Positions 44,235 to 52,298 of a stretch of DNA of 52,298 bases are shown one piece after another (the stretch's first letter is position 1; each line of letters begins with the position of its first letter). Position numbers and translations under genes: made by a program. The DNA comes from Chlorokybus atmophyticus. Taxonomy: Eukaryota; Plantae; Mesostigma and Chlorokybus algae. Location of the stretch: NCBI GenBank assembly GCA_009103225.1, contig RHPI01003169.1, forward strand, positions 228,006-280,303. The letters are read 5' to 3'. The notes beneath the pieces were generated by a model, which was given only the letters and a program-made list of their open reading frames with translations, was not told the origin of the DNA and did no database searches.

Positions 44235-45190
44235 TTACCAGACCATGCTGTTCTGGTCCATGGTGCGTCCCAACAGCTGACATTGGTGACTGTCGGTCAG
44301 CGTGGAACCTGTAATACTGCCTGAAGAGAGTTCCATGGCGCGCTCGCGCTCACGTGCGTTGGGTTTCTCCAGTCGGCTTGTGTTGGAATCCAACACCATG
44401 CCTTCGCCTTGGTTGCGGAAGGCGTATGATCCGGGGTAAGACACCAGAGTGGGGAGCGCACCACGTGGTTGACCAGGCTGACTGCACTGGTGAAAGTGCT
44501 GGTGATCATGTCGTGTGACTGGTTGTGCTGTACGCCCAGGGTCCAGGATAGCGTCAACGGTGAAGTCGCGTGGACGACTGCTGTGCAGATATTCAATAGC
44601 AAAGAGATCCTCAACTGTAGCCAGGTTGGTCCACTTGGCGCGGACGCGATGAGCACGGGAGCCATAACGCGCTGCGTTGATGTTGAGAGGGTGTCCCAGT
44701 AAAGAAACATTTGTCGAAAGCTGTTGGCCACGTGATAGCGCTTATCGTCCTCGGAGTGCACATTCTCGATGATGTATCCTCGAGGATTGGACAGCTGGTT
44801 GCTCTGCAGGCTTTTAAAGACACGCAGCAGTTCCAAGATGAGTTGCGAGCGAGGATCAGCGAGTCCTGGGCCTCTGCCGGCTCAGGAGTGTCCCTGACAC
44901 TTCCATCCTGCTATCAGCAGATCGATGTTGCCCACCGCCAGGAGGTGATCCGCAATGATTAAACGGATGGCCTGTGGCAGTGTCTTTAAACTGCCCTGTA
45001 GTGCCGATAGCGGCAACCGCTGCGGGTAGCATTTGTGTAGGTGGCGCAGGTGGTGGCATAAGGCAATTTGTGCGTGTGGTTCAAAGTCACAGTAGAAGTA
45101 CTTGGTGACCGTCGCGCCGGTGTTGAGGACAGCGGCGAGGCCACTACCTATAACTCCAGATAGTTCCAACACGGTGATGCCTTGTTGTCG
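44235..45190 (-). pseudogene. C5 cytosine DNA methyltransferase domain within pol of F
   Basis: Motifs in order: I ITVLELSGVIGSGL; IV DLLIAGWKCQGHS*AG; VI YIIENV; VIII GSRAHRVRAKWTNL; IX NARERERAM; X LLGRTMDQN. Contains one stop and frameshifts. Confidence 0.88.
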
Positions 45191-45432
45191 ACATAATACG
45201 TGAAACTCCACTACTCCAATGGCCACCTGTTGTTGCTCCTGGACCGCAGCTTGGTCCTTGTAGAGAAGGAACCGTGAAGTGAGCCGTGGTCTGGTCAGTA
45301 GTAGATGTGCGACCACTTGTGCGCGCCAGCGGCGTTCCGCTGGTGTTTGGTGGGCCACTTCTTCAGTGGTATCTTTTTGAGATTTGTTGTATGGGATAGG
45401 AGCGTCGTGGTCAGAGTTGTGGGTGACCACCG

Positions 45433-45540
45433 CAGCTGATCTGTCAATGGTTGTCGAAACCGACCTGTGGGTGGCTGTTGCAGCTGACCTGTTAGTGGTT
45501 GGTGACAGCGACCTGTAGGTGGCTGTTGCAGCTGACCTTC
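45433..45540 (-). repeat. 48-nt (16-aa) tandem repeat, about 2.3 copies, in the PR-DNMT linker
   Basis: RSAATATYRSLSPTTN/RSAATATHRSVSTTID/RSAA; CAGCTGA at 45433, 45481 and 45529. Confidence 0.85.
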
Positions 45541-45939
45541 GGTGAGAGTGAGTGCAAGGAGCAGTTCCCTCATTGAGACCCAATCCGTCCCTTTGTGGCA
45601 CGATGTTTGGCCTGCCAACACCGTCTGTTTGAAACACAGCCAGTGGTAGCTACCCCACCAGCACGCTGCTCGCACGCGAGCAAGGCAGTTGGACTGCTAT
45701 CGCCGCACCTGTTCGGTAGCGCGAAGAAGACAATCGTGACATCAAATGCGCCACAGCAAATGTACCCGGTCTATGGCCTTCCAAGCACCAGGGGCGGCAT
45801 TGCTGCGTGGCAAACAGCGCTGGGAGTGCCATGGATGACCTCGGCCATTACCATAGCGAATGCAGTTCCTCCCGCAATGGTGGAGTGCATAGGGCGTCTC
45901 ATGCTTAAAACAATGGATAAGCGATGTGACTACCCCCGT

Positions 45940-46694
45940 GTCATGGAACTATGAGGCTTGAGTGTGGTGCACTGTATTGATGCTTAATGCCACACGGCGG
46001 ACTGATTGTTGAATGTTGCATGGCACATTCAATTGTGGTGACAGTTGTGCAGTGACAGCTGCCTGGTATGGTACACATCCACATGCAAAAGTCTTAGCAT
46101 ACGATTAGCCATGCCTAACTGACTGATATGCCTCAAACTCAGAGTAGTGAGACAAGTACATGTGTCACGTGGAAGTGCAGTAAACGTCACCCAATACTTG
46201 CCCTCTTGTACACTGGCGCTGTCCTTGTCAAACATGGGGAGCAGCTGGACAATGCCTTTTACTTGCTCCAGAGTCACGACATCAAGATGTGGACCCCCTT
46301 GACGTTTTTCCCATTCCAGAGTGATGCACTTTGTGTCGCTCGTCACATCCAGCTTCGTGTACCAGCGGACAAACACGACCTCCTTCCACACGCGCTCGCC
46401 GCTACCACCCCACACCACCACGCGCAGAAAAAGAAGTGCCTGAGCCCACCACGTCACGTTCACACCGTCCTCATCACCTTCCAACTCAAGTGTAGAGAAT
46501 CAAGGCCGCCCATGGAACATCCCAGTTGCGCGCGCCATGCTCACTCCTGATGTCATGTACACCGCTGCGCCTCCGTTCACCACGCGAACAGCACGCCACC
46601 CGTCGACCAACTCCAGTTGTTCCCTCCTCAACCAGTTGTCCAGGGTGGCAGGCAGCTTGTCGGCGAATGGACTCCTCAGGGCGATTTGGCGGCT
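45940..46694 (-). pseudogene. Inserted fragment resembling the C terminus of a Plavaka/CACTA-related transposase
   Basis: RATGMFHGRP*FS..WWAQALLF..VFVRWY..CITLEW..LDVVTLEQVKGIVQLLPMF..YWV. It splits the F protease between DKVRGF and RLSIVL; GTAG flanks both junctions. Confidence 0.55.
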
Positions 46695-46920
46695 ACGCGC
46701 AAATCCGCGCACCTTGTCACGGCTGCCGGTTGCGGTGTCGAGCACGTTTGGGCATGGCATCAGCTCAGCGTCGGTGATGCCAAGGTCGCGTGCGAGGTAA
46801 CGTCCGACGATGACAGGCGGGGCTTCAGAGTCCAGCATCACACGCTTGGGTGCTCGTCCATTGATAGTGACATGCTTGCCTTGGTTGGCGATCATGGCTG
46901 CATTGGCGTGGATGCGCAGC
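46695..46920 (-). pseudogene. pol: Aspartic protease of F, N-terminal part
   Basis: VTINGRAPKRVMLDSEAPPVIVG (DSGA-like), TATGSRDKVRG. Confidence 0.75.
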
Positions 46921-47299
46921 CGCTTTAATCGTCGGTAGCGTGTGCGTGGGGTGACGGCTGCTCCAGGCTCCTCTGATGGAGCCGAGCGTAGTGCGGCAAG
47001 CGCCCCTCGACCAGCTGGGTCTTGCGAACCTCCTTGTCCGCGGCCTAGCCCGAACCGTCCTTGTTCTAGCTGTTGGTATACACGCTGTATACCAACAGCT
47101 AAAACAAGGACGGTTCGGGTGCTGGCGGTGCTGCCTGTGGTTGCCCTGGTTGTGGCGCAGGGGGGTTGCGCCTCCATGTGGCCGGGGTCATTCCTAGTGG
47201 CATAACCAGTGGCTGTTGAGGAAACCCTGAAGGACCGGGTGTTTGTGGGCCTGCCTCGCGTGCAGCCTGTTCTACAACACAAGTCCAGCGTACAGCATG

Positions 47300-48900
47300 A
47301 GCTGCCTCCCTGACCAGTGTACCTTCCTATGTGGCTGTTGAATTGTTGACCACGTCACTCCAGCGGTGATTATGAGGCATGGGCTCGAGATGCACTGCGC
47401 GCAGGAGCCGCGCTCTTATATCGTGGGTAATGGTGGGAACCCTTAAGATCCCTGCCATGTAGGCATCCCATCTGCCATAGACCACCCCCATTTGTAGCAC
47501 CGTTGTTGCTCGTGCCCTCACAATGAGGTAAATCTTTGGGTGTTGGACAAGCTGCTCATAAGTGTTGAAGATATTTCTACATCCAGGCGAACGGTCAGCT
47601 TGCCCTCTGAATAGGAATGGCCGCGAGAAGGCTCTAGGCGAGGACTCGAGTCCGGAGTTTGGCGATCTCCATACCTGCACGAGAATCGTCATAACTCGGT
47701 AGTTACTCCACCGATTTGGACGTTCTAGAGCTCAGTAGATAGCCTTGGAAGTAGCTACAAGATGCTTTTTAAAACGCAGCATTCAAATAAGTGTAGCGAA
47801 CGTGGTAGTTTCTAGAGTAGACAGGTGTATTCCTGGCGGGTATAAAACCCGCGGACATGATGGCAATAGATGGTCTTAGTCTTAGTCTTGTTGTTGCAGC
47901 CTCTTGGCGTTGGTGTTGGGTGGCGTGCACACATGTGCATGTGTAGGTTTGCCAACGCATCTCAACAATAAGAAGCTGCGATGCGTCTGCATTGCCGCTC
48001 TGCTTCCACCCCTGGCAACCTCAATATGGCCTTTTGAGCTCTAAGGTGTCAGTGGCAACCGAGGCAACCTCGTCATAGGCTTGCCGTAGCGAGCGAAGGA
48101 AGGCGTCCAACCATAACAATCTGGTGCCGAATGCGAACAGAGGGACTGCGGGGTGAGTGGTGACTAGCCAAGTCACTACTCTTGCTCGAGCTGCATTGCC
48201 ACCTTCTCGCATCCTCAGCAGCCGTCTCAGGCCGATGCCTTCTTGTCGATGTAGCATGGTTGCTTGTCGCAACAGGCTGTGCAAAGTTGCTGTTCTCCTG
48301 TTGAGCCTAACCCATCCCGCTGTATACACCCTTGTGGTGTGAGGTAGCCTCTCCCTGGATCCCATTGATCGTCAGGCAAGTCTTCCAACAAGGCGGGTAG
48401 CAGCGGGGCAATCACCCCCGTAGTTTGTTGGGCCAGCACCCGCGCCAAGTCAATGTCGGGCTCATCAACGAGAGGTGTCGTGCTGGATGATGGGCCAGCG
48501 ACTGTTGGTTGAAGAACGCCAGCACGAGCATCGGCAAGGGCTTGCGTTCTTGCATTGATTGCTGCCGCTTGGTCATGTCGCCAAGTGAACGCCTGTTCTG
48601 GAGCGGTGTATTGCTCATGAAGCCGAACGGTACTGAGGGGCGTAGTTCTTCGTTGTCACCCAGAGGCATGTCGGCTATATCAGCGATGTGCTGCTGTACG
48701 TTGGGTTGCCGGTCCCAATACGTGTCCAGCGGGCTTGGCTCAAAAGATTCATGACGGACTGGTGTGGGCTGGCGTGGCGCAGTCTTCATGTCATTATGCA
48801 GAGTCAAAAACAGCTGTAGTGCCAACTCCAGTACAACAGGTGTTCTGGCCACAAAGACGCGGTCTCGCATGGGAGGCGCCATGCCGGCGAGGATTTCATC
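47300..48900 (-). pseudogene. Degenerate gag-like region of F
   Basis: Broken, protein-like minus-strand ORFs directly upstream of the protease; no diagnostic motif recognised. Confidence 0.4.
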
Positions 48901-50754
48901 CTCCAGTTGCCGCTGAGTCTGTTCTGGCAGGGTGTGATATTTAAACGGTGGGAAAACGCGATCACTGCGGTCAACGCGAGTTATGCGCTCTTCTCCGCGC
49001 TAAAAAGCAATGGTAGTGGGATCTGCTCAACGCATGATGGTCTCCCATGCGCGCTCAGCCTGCTGACCTCGCGGGACAGCCTAAATGACATCGAGGGCGG
49101 GCAATATATGCAACAGCTTGGACCGCTTTCGGCTGTTGACCATGTTTGATGATGCAGTAACCATAGCGTGTAATCAAGTAGCGTTAAAGGGTAGAGTGGA
49201 TCAGTTAGAACGAGGGTGAGTAGTGGCGGCATGTCTTTGGGGTATGGGGCCTGTCCCGACATCGTACAGCCAAAAACGCGGCCATTTTAACCACTAACTG
49301 CGCTGCAATTGCATCAAATCGCCAGCCAATTTTGGTCGCCATTGGCAAGCAGTTGCCGCTGAGATATTTTTCAACATCTTTTGTGCATCTTTGCAATGAT
49401 TGGCCAATTCGCTGCCTTTTTTCGCAACGACTGTTGACATCGTTGTGATCCCATTTGGTCAAATCCATGCGTGACCAAATGGTGGCCTAACGATGCAATT
49501 TGTGTTTGGTTAAATCTTAACGTGAAGGTAATTCAAGTTAGCATTATTTTTATGGTTGTAACCTCGGCATTGATCACTGAATCTCGCAGCACGTACCGTG
49601 GCGTGAAAGTTACGTTAAATTAAGTTTTGAGACACTTAACTGCAGGTTGCTAGCCATATCGCACCATATTGCACCATATGTACTCCATATTGGAACATAT
49701 GTGCTTCATTTTGCAACACATCAGAGATATTGTTTTGCCACCTTAAATAAGTGTTACATCTTAAATCATTTGGGCCATATGCAACAATATGCCGGCATGT
49801 GCATCGTGCTCATTATTGATATTCATTTGCATATAATCTGAGCAGTTGCATGAAGTGGGGATATGTTTTGGACGGTCGAGATCTATATGTTAAAAGGTCG
49901 AACGGCTGATAGCTGATAATCGCCGCCTAGCCAATGAGCGGCATGCGGGCCGCGCAGCCCGGCAGTCGCGGGTGCCGCATGTGATGCCCTTGGGGGGTGA
50001 GGTTTGCGTGTGCCCTAATGCCGGCCGCCCCGCCCAATCAGCCGCCCCGCTCGTTCCATAATTTACTACATGTACAATATGTGTTTTGCCTTTTTTCTAG
50101 CTTTATTAACGCTTTACGAAGGGCTTTTATAAGCTGTACAAGCGGTGCTCTGCTGCCGCGCGCGACTTCGCCTGCGACCAGCCCGGCAGCTGCCTGCCTG
50201 CGACGTATCTGCTATGTGACGCGGACTGCATAGTCAGCTACCGCTGCGCAGTACCTTGTGACGCGGACTGCCCTGTCAGCTGCCGCGTGAAATGTAGCGA
50301 CGCGCGGGGTAGCAGTCTGCACTTATACAGGTCCTTTAGATTTGGTAAATTATCGACAAAACGCCTGGTTGTTAAGCTGCTTAGTTGTTGTGCTTGTATA
50401 AATAGAAACCCTGTGTAATACAACCAACTCTTGTTTTCTGCTCTCTGCTGTGAGTATGCTGGTGTATGCTTGAGAGAGGCGTGATCCAAGGCACACTACT
50501 GCGTTCTTGCTTGGCGTGGGAAGTAGTAGTGTTCGCGTGCGTGTGCGTGCTCGACGCGTGCGTGCGTGCGCGGGAGAAGACAAGGTTCCGGTGTGAAGAC
50601 TGTGCTCAGCTGCACACATGTGTTGTATGACTTGTGTGCTGTGTATGTGAGCACGAGCATCGTTACAGTGGTATTGGAGCCCTTGGAAGGGTTGAGTTTC
50701 TTGTTTACAAAGGGTATTAACTATATCTTTGGTGTGTGAGGTATTTTTCTGTTT

Positions 50755-51799
50755 ATGGACGCTACCATGGATGATGCACGTGTTGTGGAGCTTCAGCAAG
50801 TGCTGGTCGCTGCTCATGAGGAGCTACATCGTGTTCAAGCATCTGCCCAAGCTCAAGCGGCACAATTTCAAGAAGTCTTGGCACAAGCGCGCGCGGCTAC
50901 GCCTATTGCTGCACCTGTGGCTCTTCCACCAGCCTCTCATCACGTAAAAGTGCCAAAATCAAAGCCACTCAAGGGCCAGAGGGATGGTGACTGCGTCGAG
51001 GAGTGGGTGTTTGCTATCTCTTTATGATTGAAGCTCACCGAAGTACCCGTACATCTCCATATCGATGTGGCTGCTACTTTCTTTGAGGGAGCTGCACTTC
51101 TGTGGTGGCGTCATCGTTGTGCTCGTGTGGAAGCTGGTCTCGAGGTCCCCTTTGTCACCGTGGCTGAGCTGGCCGCTGAGGTGAAGAAACAGTTCGTACC
51201 GGTGCAAAGCATGAAGACAAGACGCGATCAGCTCTACACTTGTGCAAACGCAGTCCGTGATGGCCTACACATCTGCGTTTCAGCGTCTTGTGCTCTCTAT
51301 ACCGAACATGACTGAGGAGGAGCAGCTGGACCGCTATACGCGCGGGTTGAAGACTCTTTGTCGCAAGGAAGTTGAGCTTCGTGACGCCAAGTCTCTTGCG
51401 GAGGCCATTCTCATCGCCGAGCGTAAGGACGTGTTGTACTTCAAGGGTACTGCCAAAGACACTGATTGTGGGCGCTTCAATCAGTCACGGGAAGGTTTGT
51501 ATCGCTTGTACACACCTTTCGAAGCTGGTTCGGGAGCTGCAACAGCTGCGGGGGCTGGCTCGGGACCTACACCAATGGAGTTGGGTGTTTTCCATGCTTC
51601 AAAGAGGGGTGTGAAGGGTCGGGAAGATGCCAAGGCAGTTCGGAAGTGTTGGGAGTGCTCTTTCACTGAACATATGCGCTCCAACTGCCCCATCTTCAAG
51701 GCAAAGTTGGCTGCACATGCACGCAACGCGCGCGGCGGTGGACGTGTGAATACGGTGGAGGAGGAGATGTTGCAATCGGGAAACGGCTCACCTCAGTAG
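50755..51799 (+). pseudogene. gag: gag of E (stop at about 51025, frameshift at about 51240)
   Basis: HVKVPKSKPLKGQRDGD, EEEQLDRYTRGLK, CWECSFTEHMRSNC. Confidence 0.9.
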
Positions 51800-52298
51800 C
51801 TAAGGAGGCTGCTGCTGGGGTTGAGATGGAGCCTCTTTTTGATGTTGACAGTTCAGAGCCTTTCGTGGATGCGTCGGTGACTGTTGGCGGCATGTATACG
51901 TGCGCGACGGCGACACGAAACGGTGTGGTTCGTGTGCCCGATGAGGCGAGGCAGATGCTGACCGTCACGGCCATGATTTGCAAGGGTGATGGGCCTTGGG
52001 TGGAGTAAATTGCTGGTGGATAGCGGCGCGAACAGCAACTTCATGAATCGGGAGGTTGCGCGTCGACACAAGTGGCTTTCGTGGGCGAATGCCGGCTCCG
52101 AACTCTCGCGAACGGCCGTGCGCCAACCGGAGCTGCGAAGCTGAGCAAAGAGCTTGAAGTCCACGTGGGGATGATAAAGGATAGCCTACAGTTTTGCTGC
52201 CTCAAGCTCGGCCACGGCTTTGATGGCATTTTGGGGCTACCTTGGCTTTGGACACATAACCCCGCCATTAATTGGAGGAAGCGCCTAATTGCTGCCCC
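51778..52298 (+). pseudogene. pol: pol 5' part of E (protease)
   Basis: LLVDSGANSNFM, GFDGILGLPWLWTHNPAINW. Confidence 0.88.

Larger units (their letters stand above)
33330..48900 (-). mobile_element. Decayed Ty3/Gypsy element F: gag-like - protease - C5 DNMT - RT - RNase H - integrase - PHD; 5' boundary unresolved
   Basis: Domains are collinear on the minus strand once B (TSD TGTAC) and the 45940-46694 insert are removed. A PPT-like G tract and TG..CA repeats lie at the 3' end. Confidence 0.8.
49557..52298 (+). mobile_element. Gypsy element E (diverged relative of A/B/C), runs off the window end
   Basis: LTR end CGTTACA at 50667, PBS TGGTATTGGAGC 50669-50680, gag 50755-51799, protease to the end. 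The LTR start at 49557 (TGTAAC) is tentative. Confidence 0.85.

Noticed and set aside
49255-49261. CCCGACA as the inverted partner of TGTCGGG at 33330, i.e. the 5' end of F
   Set aside because: Flanks CTACC and TCGTA do not form a TSD, and the adjacent sequence does not match the 33330-34376 repeats.
50214-50290. Two copies of TGTGACGCGGACTGC about 43 bp apart
   Set aside because: An ordinary short tandem duplication within the putative LTR of E.

Overview
This is eukaryotic, transposon-saturated DNA with no intact host gene. A green alga, probably chlorophyte, is inferred from GTGAG/GTGCG splice donors, (CA)/(GCAT)-rich introns, tRNAiMet-primed chromoviruses and a kangaroo-like YR element. 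The window is a nest of at least ten insertions. (1) A largely intact tyrosine-recombinase (DIRS/PAT/kangaroo-like) retrotransposon has its YR gene convergent with RT-RH-MT (about 2.1-8.1 kb). (2) Several copies of one Ty3/Gypsy chromovirus family (A 22670-33329 +, B 36887-43399 -, C 11659-19265 -, E 49557-end +) share a -1 frameshift signal. (3) An older Gypsy (D, 9866-22669 +) hosts C, a tiny TRIM and A. (4) Two copies of a CACAC-ended, 3-bp-TSD DNA element carry spliced, Kelch-like host gene fragments (Pack-CACTA-like). (5) There is a 1.4-kb CACCG-ended non-autonomous element and a Plavaka-like transposase fragment. (6) The highlight is a decayed Gypsy (F, about 33.3-48.9 kb, -) whose pol reads protease - C5 cytosine DNA methyltransferase - RT - RNase H - integrase - PHD finger. 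A 1118-bp duplication after a single N at 42281 is probably an assembly artefact. All family and domain calls come from motif recognition by eye, not database searches.
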